The position numbers and the translations under genes were made by a program. Below the pieces are notes generated by a model that was not told where the DNA came from, did no database searches, and worked only from the letters and a program-made list of their open reading frames with translations. Positions 1 to 8,766 of a stretch of DNA of 40,983 nucleotides are shown one piece after another (the stretch's first letter is position 1; the number at the start of each line of letters is the position of its first letter). The stretch is from a bacterium (GTDB lineage Bacteria; Cyanobacteriota; Vampirovibrionia; Obscuribacterales; JAKAZS01): the NCBI GenBank assembly GCA_021785395.1, contig JAJYFO010000002.1:1-40983 (forward strand), given 5' to 3'.

Positions 1-114
1 AATTAAATCAACAGAGTAGTGCCACTATATTCAGTACCTAAAATGCAAAATTTTTCATATATTTTTTTTAATCAACGAAGAAATAGGCATTTCGGGACAC
101 CGACACGCCAAAAA

Positions 115-153
115 TAGCGAGTTTTCTACACTTGAAATGTAGAAAACTCGCTA
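115..153 (-). terminator. Intrinsic-terminator-like hairpin immediately after the stop of ORF 157..549
   Basis: Perfect 16-bp stem: tagcgagttttctaca (115-130), 7-nt loop cttgaaa, tgtagaaaactcgcta (138-153). On the minus strand the stem is followed by TTTTT (complement of 110-114). Confidence 0.6.
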
Positions 154-156
154 AAA

Positions 157-549
157 TTAATAAAAATTTATTATAGTCGGCGAAGTCGGGCTAGCTAGGC
201 TGTCAACACTATCCCACCAGGATTTTATTTTTACTAACTTTAATAAATAGTTTAAATCAGATATATTTAAATTTTTTTTATGGTAATCGAGTATATCGAT
301 AGCAATATATTGAAATTCACGCTCTGGTAGCTGCCATAGAAAATCTACAATTACGAAAATTTCTTTACTTGATTTGTCTTTTAAGTTATCTAGAAATGGT
401 TTTATTAATTCACGACGTTGAGGTGTTTGGATACCAAGGAAAGTAAATTTGTTTTGCATATAATTTGACATCTTACTGGATTTACTTAAATCAGTATGTG
501 CTTTTAACAAAGCAACTAGGTTCTCTATGTTTATTTGGACTTTGGCCAT
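157..549 (-). pseudogene. DNA alkylation repair protein family (AlkD/PF08713-like HEAT-repeat), N-terminal ~120 aa only; probably a truncated remnant
   Basis: MSNYMQNKFxFLGIQTPxRR and KSWWDSVDSLA resemble the first half of DNA-alkylation-repair proteins, which I recall as ~220-240 aa. After WWDSVDSLA the ORF runs into unrelated SPTSPTIINFY and stops. No continuation is visible in any frame of 1..156. Confidence 0.45.
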
Positions 550-802
550 AGTGATAATTTATTTAATTTCGTCAAGATTTACTAGAACATTATTACTTAC
601 AAATAATAATAAAGCTAAAAAAATAAAAATTTAAATTTAGTAAGCTTCATCTTGGGTTAAATTATTATAGTCTAATATGGATCGATTAATTAATTAAACC
701 AAAATATAAATTGAAAAATCTTTAAAATTGCTATCCAGCATTTTTTATTTAGGTTTATTTTTGATAAAGTTTAGTTAGCTAAATAAATCGTAAACGATAA
801 AC

Positions 803-2299
803 CTAAATTTCAAGCGGAAGCTTTCCGGTTGGATTTTGTTTGTATACTAAAGAGCTAGCCAAAGCTTCTAGTCCAAGCGAACCTGGGTCAAGACAAGCTA
901 GTATCATTTTGACGTTGGTTAGATTTTTAATACCATAGGGTAAATCAATAATAATTAAATAAATGTTCTGGCTATTACTTTCCAATAATTTTAATAAATC
1001 AAATTGTGTAGTATTGATAACGGGACGGTATAGTACCAGTATAATGTTTTTATCCTTACTTAACTTAGCTAGATTACTAATTACAGCTAACGTTGGTTTG
1101 TAATTGTACGGCTTTGACTTGAATTGGTAAGTTTTGTGATTTTTTATAGCTAAAGGCAGGTCAAAATCATAACGAAAATGTTTAGGGTGGAATATATAGT
1201 CTATAGTATTTAGATCAGGTAAATGACCACTGATTAAGCACAATCCTGCTTTGGCCGCTTCTAAATTTTGTTTGAAATCATTGTTTAAGGTATTACTATC
1301 GATTAAATTGCGTTTTAAATCAGGCTTATTGATATTATAAAGTTTAATTTTATTAACCGTCTGTTCAAGCCTTAATTGCAAATTTTTATCCTGACTTATG
1401 TTTTCATTTAAATAATCAATAGTATTACTAACCAAGGCAAAATCGTCACAAAGCATCAAATAATCAGCCCCAGCTAAGAAAGCCTTTAGAGTAGCCTCGT
1501 TTAACCCGTAGTATTTTTTTATTGCGAGCATGGCCATATCATCAGTAAAAACTAAGCCTTTAAAATTTAAAGTATTGAATAAATAGTTATAAGCATTTTG
1601 GGCCAAAGAAGCTGGAATTTTATAAGGCTCGATAGACGGTGTATAAACGTGTGCCATCATTACCGACTTTATTAAACCGACTAAATCGTTATATGGTTTA
1701 AGGTCAATGTTTTTAAGTAAATTAATATTATTGGGGTTAATAGCCAAATCTAGATGTGAATCTTCGACTGTAGAACCATGACCCGGAAAATGTTTCGTTA
1801 CGGCTAAAATGCCTAATTCATCGGCTATTTCAAGGTATATTTGGGCAAATTTAATAATCGTACTGACGTCATCGCTATAAGCACGGGTAGCAATAATCGG
1901 ATTTATGATACTATTAACGACATCTAGTACGGGGGCTAAAATACAGTTGATACCTAATTGTTTTAGTTGGCTTAGGCTAGACTTTATTACTTTTGTGAAT
2001 AATTCGGTATCATTGGTGGCAGCTAGCGACATAGCCGAGGGTATTGGTGTTATTATTTTACAAAACCGGTCAACTGCGCCACCTTCTTGATCGCAGGCAA
2101 TTAAAGGATAATGGTAGCTTGCGCTATAAATGTCGCTAATTAAATTGAATAGCTGGTTTTGGCTATAAACATTGTCGCTAAAAAGTACAACCCCACCAAT
2201 ATGTCCAACCTCAAAAGCTTTACGAATATTTTTAGGTAATGTATGGCCAGGGATTCTAACGAGCACCGTCTGGCCAATAATTTTACGGTAATCTTTCAA
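803..2299 (-). CDS. nagZ: Glycoside hydrolase family 3 beta-N-acetylhexosaminidase (NagZ-like) with a ~160-aa C-terminal extension
   Basis: CDQEGG, KHFPGHGSTVEDSH (Asp-His dyad region) and FTDDMAM motifs. TTG start at 2299. Confidence 0.75.
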   Translation of the reverse strand: MKDYRKIIGQTVLVRIPGHTLPKNIRKAFEVGHIGGVVLFSDNVYSQNQLFNLISDIYSASYHYPLIACDQEGGAVDRFCKIITPIPSAMSLAATNDTELFTKVIKSSLSQLKQLGINCILAPVLDVVNSIINPIIATRAYSDDVSTIIKFAQIYLEIADELGILAVTKHFPGHGSTVEDSHLDLAINPNNINLLKNIDLKPYNDLVGLIKSVMMAHVYTPSIEPYKIPASLAQNAYNYLFNTLNFKGLVFTDDMAMLAIKKYYGLNEATLKAFLAGADYLMLCDDFALVSNTIDYLNENISQDKNLQLRLEQTVNKIKLYNINKPDLKRNLIDSNTLNNDFKQNLEAAKAGLCLISGHLPDLNTIDYIFHPKHFRYDFDLPLAIKNHKTYQFKSKPYNYKPTLAVISNLAKLSKDKNIILVLYRPVINTTQFDLLKLLESNSQNIYLIIIDLPYGIKNLTNVKMILACLDPGSLGLEALASSLVYKQNPTGKLPLEI

Positions 2300-2432
2300 G
2301 TATCTGCTAGCCTCACTAGTATCTATAACGATAAGCCTTTAACCCATATATTTTACTTGGGTTTTTCCAAAATCATTCTTATATATGTTGCTTAATTAAT
2401 AGCCAAGAAATAACTATAAAATACTTTATAGT

Positions 2433-3698
2433 CTAGTTGACTTTGCTAAGCTTTCCCAAATGCGAATTCAAGGCGTCAACCTGGTCTAATTCTTCCCAAG
2501 GTAAATTTAGGTCGTTGCGGCCAAAATGACCATAGGCTGCTAAGTTTTGGTAAAAGCGGCCGTTATTTAATTGGGGCAACTGATTTAACTTGAATTTTTC
2601 GATTATAGCTTTGGGTCTTAGGTCGAAAGTTTTATCGACTAGGTCTTTTATGCTTTCGTCGCTAATAGACCCTGTTCCAAACGTGGAAACATTGAGTGAT
2701 ACTGGTCTAGCCACACCTATAGCGTAGGCTACTTGAACTTCGCAATGGGTCGCCAATTTGGCCGCTACAATATTTTTAGCTACGTATCTGGCCGCATATG
2801 AGGCTGACCGGTCGACTTTAGTCGGATCTTTACCAGAATAAGCGCCCCCACCGTGACGGGCGTAGCCACCATAAGTGTCAACGATTATTTTGCGACCGGT
2901 TAAGCCGCTGTCGGCTCTTGGTCCACCTATTACGAAACGACCGGCCGGATTTATGTGAATTTTCGTATAGCGGTCAAGTTTTAGGCTAAAGTCACTAAAA
3001 ATCGGGTCTATTACGTGTTCTTTAAGGTCGGCTTCGATAATTTTTTGGATTTTGTCATTATCGGTTTCATTATTTACACATTCATCGTGCTGGGTAGAAA
3101 TAACTATAGAATGAATGCGTTTAGGTTTTTGATTCTCGTATTCGACCGTTACTTGGGTTTTTCCATCCGGACCCAAATATGGCAATAAGCCAGATTTTCG
3201 AACTTTACTTAATTGTCTAGCTAACATATTGGCACAGGCGATAGGAGCCGGCATAAATTCAGATGTCTCATTGCAGGCATAGCCAAACATCATGCCTTGG
3301 TCACCAGCGCCTAAATCATCAAGGTTATCGGTATTTTTAAGACTTTTATCACGAACCTCAAAAGCCGTATCAACGGCGCTGGCAATGTCAGATGACTGTT
3401 TATTTACACAGACTAAAACGGCTAAATTATCTCCGTCAAATCCAGTGCCGTTTTTACCACAGTAACCGATTTCACGCACAACCTGACGGGCGATGCTTTG
3501 ATAGTCAACTTGAGCACGGCTGGTTATTTCTCCGGTTAAAAATACCAGGCCGCTAGATACAACGCTTTCCATAGCCACCCGACTATTAATATCCTGGCTC
3601 AATATATTATCGACGATGGCGTCAGAAATTTGGTCGCAAACCTTGTCGGGATGACCTTCGGTAACTGATTCTGAAGTAAATAAATAAGTGTTTAGCAA
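2433..3698 (-). CDS. metK: S-adenosylmethionine synthetase
   Basis: [32 protein letters not shown] and [16 protein letters not shown] motifs. TTG start preceded by AGGAG 9 nt upstream. Confidence 0.97.
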   Translation of the reverse strand: MLNTYLFTSESVTEGHPDKVCDQISDAIVDNILSQDINSRVAMESVVSSGLVFLTGEITSRAQVDYQSIARQVVREIGYCGKNGTGFDGDNLAVLVCVNKQSSDIASAVDTAFEVRDKSLKNTDNLDDLGAGDQGMMFGYACNETSEFMPAPIACANMLARQLSKVRKSGLLPYLGPDGKTQVTVEYENQKPKRIHSIVISTQHDECVNNETDNDKIQKIIEADLKEHVIDPIFSDFSLKLDRYTKIHINPAGRFVIGGPRADSGLTGRKIIVDTYGGYARHGGGAYSGKDPTKVDRSASYAARYVAKNIVAAKLATHCEVQVAYAIGVARPVSLNVSTFGTGSISDESIKDLVDKTFDLRPKAIIEKFKLNQLPQLNNGRFYQNLAAYGHFGRNDLNLPWEELDQVDALNSHLGKLSKVN

Positions 3699-3790
3699 AG
3701 TAATAACTCCTGTTGTATATAATGAAACTTTTATTGGTGGGTATGTATCATAATATTATGATGGTTGGTGAATTTGTTTTGGCACGCTAA

Positions 3791-3820
3791 TTGACTTGAA
3801 AATTATTTTTAACTTTTAAT
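3791..3820 (+). promoter_or_regulatory. Candidate sigma-70-type promoter upstream of the ECF sigma operon
   Basis: TTGACT (3791-3796), 18-nt spacer, TTTAAT (3815-3820), ~125 nt upstream of ATG 3944. Such matches are frequent in AT-rich DNA. Confidence 0.25.
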
Positions 3821-3943
3821 GCTTTAAAATCGAAAAATTAGGCTAAAATAATAAATTAACGTTCCTTGATTTTATAATACTTTTTAAGTAATCGATTTTA
3901 AGTTCATTTTTATTTTAATTATTGCAGATTGTAAAGAGGTATC

Positions 3944-4576
3944 ATGGCCATAAGTTACAGCCAAAAAACTGACCGAGAATTAGTGATCGCCTGTCAAGCA
4001 AGAGATAGCGGAGCTTTTGAGGAATTGGTTAGACGTTACCAGAAAACCGTTTATCATTTACTGTACCAGTTAGCTCCCGATTGGCACGATACAGCTGACC
4101 TATCTCAGGAAGTTTTTATTAAGGTATGGCGTTCGATAAACAGTTTAAGAAACCCGGCGGCATTTAAAATTTGGCTTACACAAATTGTTACAAATCTGTT
4201 TTATGACGAATTACGCAAACGCCCTAAACAGGTTCCTACTATTTCTATGGACGATAATGATGACTTTGACGGGGTTATGCAGGCTAGTAAAGAGATTCCC
4301 GATAGTCACAGTCTTCCCGATGAAGTTGTCATGAATCAAGAAATTTCGGTTGTCATCAGAAAAGCTATGGCAAAACTTCCGGAACAGTTTCGCGTTGCTA
4401 TCGTCTTAAGAGAAATAGAAGGTTTAACTTACGAAGAGATAGCTGTAATTATGAAAACCGAGATGGGAACAGTAAAATCTAGAATTGCTAGAGCCAGGAT
4501 GAAATTACAGGATTTGTTAGGGCCTTATTTGAATCAATCAACACAGGTAAAAGACGTTAAGACAACCGAGGTTTAG
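3944..4576 (+). CDS. ECF (group 4) RNA polymerase sigma-70 family factor
   Basis: Region 2 (YQKTVYHLLYQL..DLSQEVFIKVWRSI) and region 4 HTH (EGLTYEEIAVIMKTEMGTVKSRIARARMKL). The anti-sigma gene follows 8 nt downstream. Confidence 0.9.
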   Translation: MAISYSQKTDRELVIACQARDSGAFEELVRRYQKTVYHLLYQLAPDWHDTADLSQEVFIKVWRSINSLRNPAAFKIWLTQIVTNLFYDELRKRPKQVPTISMDDNDDFDGVMQASKEIPDSHSLPDEVVMNQEISVVIRKAMAKLPEQFRVAIVLREIEGLTYEEIAVIMKTEMGTVKSRIARARMKLQDLLGPYLNQSTQVKDVKTTEV

Positions 4577-4584
4577 ATATCCAT

Positions 4585-5490
4585 ATGCAAAATGTTAACT
4601 GTCTAAGTATTGAAAATCTTTCGGCGTTGTATGACAACCAATTGGAGAATTATGACCGTAATTTGGCTTATGGGCATTTGGGTCAATGTAAAGATTGTTC
4701 TTACCAGTTTGACCTGATAAGTAAGACCAGCGCTAATTTACGTAAGGGTTTTGAGCAGATGGCCAAGTCTTATAATGTCGATTTGGTCGGTAGGTTGACC
4801 TGCCAGAATGATGTCTGTAGTGCCATTGTCGTTGATTTGTCGGCCTTTGTCGACAATGAATTGACCCAGGCTGCCAGTGAAGGTATTAAATCGCACTTAA
4901 AGCATTGCAAGCCTTGTTTAGCTAAATTTAATGGTCTAAGAAATCTCAACCAAACCCTCCAAAATGCCTTTAAATTGCCAAATTCGCATAACATTGATTT
5001 GGTGGCAGCGATTAAAGATAAAATTAACAACGATTGCAAACAAATGGCTAGCGATTTTTCAGCCTTTCTAGATTCTTCTTTGAATACTACAAGGCATTAC
5101 GAAATTACCAAGCATTTAATGGCTTGTTCGAATTGTCAGAACCAGATTGATAAACTTATGGACGTAAGCAACCTTATAAAAACCGAATACCGAGCTCCGA
5201 TGGACGTTAATTTATTGCCGGGTATTCAAAATAAATTGAAATTGAAAGTTGTTAGCAATAAACCGGTTTCTAACGTTAAAAATTTAAAACTCCCCAAATT
5301 TGCTATAGCCAGTGTAGCCAGTTTTGTTGTATTATTGTTAGCCGGTACTGTATTGTTGAATTTTCCCAACGCAAGTATTGAAGACAAACCTTTGACTGCA
5401 GAATCTTATATACTCGACAATTCTTTTCTTGAAAACTCTGATTATGATTCCCACAAAAATGCCGAGGTGGTTTTATATGAACAACCTTAA
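4585..5490 (+). CDS. Membrane-anchored anti-sigma factor with three tandem zf-HC2 (ZAS) units and one C-terminal TM helix
   Basis: H-x3-C-x2-C occurs at H31/C35/C38, H104/C108/C111 and H177/C181/C184. Each is preceded by a Cys 25-26 residues upstream (C6, C78, C151). TM helix FAIASVASFVVLLLAGTVLL. The gene lies directly after the ECF sigma gene. Confidence 0.8.
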   Translation: MQNVNCLSIENLSALYDNQLENYDRNLAYGHLGQCKDCSYQFDLISKTSANLRKGFEQMAKSYNVDLVGRLTCQNDVCSAIVVDLSAFVDNELTQAASEGIKSHLKHCKPCLAKFNGLRNLNQTLQNAFKLPNSHNIDLVAAIKDKINNDCKQMASDFSAFLDSSLNTTRHYEITKHLMACSNCQNQIDKLMDVSNLIKTEYRAPMDVNLLPGIQNKLKLKVVSNKPVSNVKNLKLPKFAIASVASFVVLLLAGTVLLNFPNASIEDKPLTAESYILDNSFLENSDYDSHKNAEVVLYEQP

Positions 5491-5974
5491 ATTACTCGTA
5501 ACTTTGAGCTTGCTTATAACTTTGAATCAGGGCGTTTGGGCCTATGACGGTCAAAAACCGATGATTGACTGGAATAAGCTTAACTTAACCAAAGAACAGA
5601 GTCAGGCCATAGATGATTTAAATGCTAAGTGGCTTAAAGATTACGGTGAGATTCAGCCTTCTATAGTTGAAGATCAGCGCAAATTGACCCAGTTGTTGGG
5701 TCCTCATAATAGTGACCCTGTAGAAATAATGTCAGTCCAGCAGTCTTTAGCCCATAAGCGGGAAAAACTAAAAAATATTGCTATGGTGAATTATCTAAAA
5801 AAGCGCCAGGTTTTAAATGAAACGCAGCGTCATGAATTAGACATAATGGTCGGTGAAGTCATAGCTCAAAGGCAGAATAATAATTCGGCTAATGTAAATT
5901 TAGTTGGCAACGACCGCTTTCAAAATTTAATTCAAAGAGTTCGTAATTTTGTTCCGGCTAATCCTCAACGCTAG
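5477..5974 (+). CDS. Periplasmic Spy/CpxP/ZraP-family (LTxxQ) protein
   Basis: Signal peptide MNNLKLLVTLSLLITLNQGVWA. LTKEQ and a second LNETQ motif in a helical, basic protein. ATG 5477 has GAGGTGG 6 nt upstream and overlaps the anti-sigma stop by 14 nt. The longer ORF start at 5429 is rejected. Confidence 0.65.
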   Translation: MNNLKLLVTLSLLITLNQGVWAYDGQKPMIDWNKLNLTKEQSQAIDDLNAKWLKDYGEIQPSIVEDQRKLTQLLGPHNSDPVEIMSVQQSLAHKREKLKNIAMVNYLKKRQVLNETQRHELDIMVGEVIAQRQNNNSANVNLVGNDRFQNLIQRVRNFVPANPQR

Positions 5975-5986
5975 TTTTTTTCACAG

Positions 5987-7723
5987 ATGGAATTAATATT
6001 AACCGATTTGATTTGGCAGGCCTGTTTAATTCTTAAAGGCCAAAATGATTTAATTGTTGATATTGATAAAGATTCTATCGTCATAGAAAAGCCAAAGAAC
6101 CTAAGTTTTGGCGATTTCTCTTGTGGTTTGGCTTTTAAATTGAGTGTTAAAAACAAAAAGTCACCTCTGGATATAGCCAATATTATTCAGCAAGTTTTAG
6201 TTGCTAAAATTACCGAATATCAAAATTACATCAGCCAAATTAGTGTAAGTAAGCCTGGATACATTAATTTTACGGTTAGTCAAGGCTATTTATTATCAAT
6301 ACTGGATGAAATTTTAAATGACGGCGATAATTTTGGTCGGTCTAAATATAAAGATAAATTCTTGATAGAATACGTTTCGGCTAATCCAACCGGACCAATG
6401 CATATTGGGCACGCCAGAAACGCTGTTTTTGGTAGCTGTTTGTCTAATCTATTAAAATTTGCCGGATTCTACGTTGAAGAAGAATTCTATATCAATGATA
6501 CTGGTCAACAAATTATTAAACTTGGAAAAAGCCTTCTTGTCTGTTATCGGCGTGAATGCGGTAATTTAGATTATAATTATGATGACGACAGCTATCCAGA
6601 AAGTTTATTGATAGACACTGTAAGACAAATTTTGCATGACCATAAAAATAGTCTAAGTAATTTGACTGATGATCAATTGAGCGTTAGTTTAGCTAAACTG
6701 TTTATGGAACTAACTATAAATAGTCAAAAAGAAGAGCTAGAGCAGTTGAATATAAATTTTAATACCTGGTTTAGCGAAAAAACTCTCCACGACAATGGGT
6801 CAATTGATGAAATGCTCGATTTACTAAAGGCTAACAATATGACGTATGAGTTAGATGGTGCCTTATGGTTAAAATCAAAGGATTTGGGTGATGAGAGGGA
6901 CAGGGTTTTAATTAAAAATAATGGTCATTTGACTTATTTAGCTGTTGATGCAGCTTACCATTTAAACAAATATAAACGTGGGTTTGATAAAATCATAAAT
7001 ATCTGGGGGGCTGACCACCACGGCCAAATTCCCAGTTTGGCAGCTGTTTTAAAAGCGCTAGATTGCAATGTTGATTCATTTAAAGTTATTTTGACGCAAA
7101 TGGTAAATCTAACTAAAAATGGCGAGATACTGCGCATGTCCAAACGTATGGGTACTGTCGTTACCTTGAAAGAGGTTCTTGATGAAGTTGGTAGTGATGC
7201 CATGCGATATTTTTTAATAGAGTCAAGTCCCAGTAATTCAATTAATTTTGACCTTGAATTGGCCAAACAGGCTAGCAGTGAAAATCCCATATTCTATATA
7301 CAATATGCCCACGCAAGATCCTCTTCGATTATGCGTAAAGCCATGAGTTTGAGCCCAAGTTATAATTTGTTAAATTCAAGTGTTAAAGAGATTTATGCAA
7401 TATGCAAATCTAATAAAGATATTATCGAAAATGTTTTTGAAAACGATAACGAAAAATATAATTTACAGAAAAAAATAATCTTAGAGCTAGCTTATTTTAA
7501 GACGCTTGTGCAAGAAAGTGCCAATAGTTATTTACCCCATCGAATTGCGCATTTCGCGTATGAATTAGCTTATGACTTTCAGAAATTTTATGAAAATTCC
7601 AAAGTTTTATATTCCGATAATATCAATTTAAGTTTGGCCAGAATATTATTTGTTTTAGCCATTAGAACAGTTATAGGTAATTGCTTAAAAATACTCGGGA
7701 TTTCAGCACCAGAAAAAATGTAA
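5987..7723 (+). CDS. argS: Arginine--tRNA ligase
   Basis: SANPTGPMHIGHARN (HIGH) and MSKRMG (KMSKS-like). Typical N-terminal Arg_tRNA_synt_N region and DALR-type C-terminus. Confidence 0.95.
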   Translation: MELILTDLIWQACLILKGQNDLIVDIDKDSIVIEKPKNLSFGDFSCGLAFKLSVKNKKSPLDIANIIQQVLVAKITEYQNYISQISVSKPGYINFTVSQGYLLSILDEILNDGDNFGRSKYKDKFLIEYVSANPTGPMHIGHARNAVFGSCLSNLLKFAGFYVEEEFYINDTGQQIIKLGKSLLVCYRRECGNLDYNYDDDSYPESLLIDTVRQILHDHKNSLSNLTDDQLSVSLAKLFMELTINSQKEELEQLNINFNTWFSEKTLHDNGSIDEMLDLLKANNMTYELDGALWLKSKDLGDERDRVLIKNNGHLTYLAVDAAYHLNKYKRGFDKIINIWGADHHGQIPSLAAVLKALDCNVDSFKVILTQMVNLTKNGEILRMSKRMGTVVTLKEVLDEVGSDAMRYFLIESSPSNSINFDLELAKQASSENPIFYIQYAHARSSSIMRKAMSLSPSYNLLNSSVKEIYAICKSNKDIIENVFENDNEKYNLQKKIILELAYFKTLVQESANSYLPHRIAHFAYELAYDFQKFYENSKVLYSDNINLSLARILFVLAIRTVIGNCLKILGISAPEKM

Positions 7724-7816
7724 AATTAAAATCTAAAATTTTATCTAAGAGTATAGACTAATAACTACGATAAAGGGTATGATAGAACTAGATACAAAAA
7801 TTATAGGTTTATTACC

Positions 7817-8425
7817 ATGAATTATAATTGTAATTTTGAGTTATCCCAGGAAGAATGCCTAGTATTGTTGACCAGTTTGCGACTGCTCGATAAACTGGTT
7901 ATGGGGATGACGATTCACAATGAAAACCAGGATGAGTTAATTCAAAACCTGATTGACAAAGTATCCCAATCGCTTCCACAAAAGATGACTTCGGTTTCTA
8001 AATCTTTGGCTAATGCTATCTTAGATTCACTTTTAACTATAATTTACGAAGAATACATAAAAAACACCAATCCGGGTGAAAAACCCAGTAGTTTAATGTT
8101 TACCCACGATGAAGAAGATTTTCCGCCCATGTATTCAACTGAATCCACTCTTCCTCAATTGCAATCAGCCTTGGTTAACCATCACCAGGTTAAAGTGGAG
8201 TATTACAGCTTAGCTAAAGAATCGGTAGATTACCTCGATTTAAACCCTTTAACCATACAAGCTGACAATAATTTGTGGAAAATGCTGGCTTTTTGCCATC
8301 AAAAAGAAGAAATACTGAATTTTAGGATAGACCGTATTAAAAGTGTTGAAACTAGTGAACAGAAATTTAATATTCCAATTAATTTTAATATAAATAGCGT
8401 TAACGAATATTCTTTTTATAAATAG
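7817..8425 (+). CDS. WYL-domain protein lacking an N-terminal wHTH
   Basis: The C-terminal half, VKVEYYSLAKESVDYLDLNPLTIQADNNLWKMLAFCHQKEEILNFRIDRIKSVE, matches the WYL-domain pattern (x.Y.s....r.v.P..l....WYl.a.c......FrldRI). No DNA-binding HTH is evident in aa 1-110. Confidence 0.6.
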   Translation: MNYNCNFELSQEECLVLLTSLRLLDKLVMGMTIHNENQDELIQNLIDKVSQSLPQKMTSVSKSLANAILDSLLTIIYEEYIKNTNPGEKPSSLMFTHDEEDFPPMYSTESTLPQLQSALVNHHQVKVEYYSLAKESVDYLDLNPLTIQADNNLWKMLAFCHQKEEILNFRIDRIKSVETSEQKFNIPINFNINSVNEYSFYK

Positions 8426-8766
8426 GCGATTTTAATCGATATTTTACTATAATTTGTCAGTTTAGAACCTTTTTAGTTATCCCTTAATCCCTCATCGAAA
8501 ATGCAATGATCGTATCGTAAAGCTAAGCGTCCTCGATACGATAATTTATCTTTAGACTTTTCATTTAGGGTGATAATTATGCAATAAGTAATTTCTAACC
8601 CAAAAACTTTGATTTAACCTAGATATTTTTTTTTGCTGAAACAAGCACCAGATTACATTCTCGCCTTAAGATTCTAACCTAAGGACTTGTCTTAAGTTTA
8701 GGTTTCAATCTTACATCTTTGAATAATAGCGATGTATTTAAGTTTTATGATTGTCCAATAATCGGT

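Noticed and set aside
3861-3865. GGAAC word (minus strand) as an ECF-type -35 element for autoregulation
   Set aside because: It points toward metK rather than the sigma gene and has no CGT-type -10 element at 16-17 nt. A single pentamer is not evidence.
3699-3943. Possible SAM riboswitch in the metK leader
   Set aside because: The minus-strand leader is AT-rich. It contains only a short AT palindrome (atcataatattatgat) and no element I can match to the conserved SAM-I/II/IV/V cores. Only a covariance-model scan (Rfam) could settle it.
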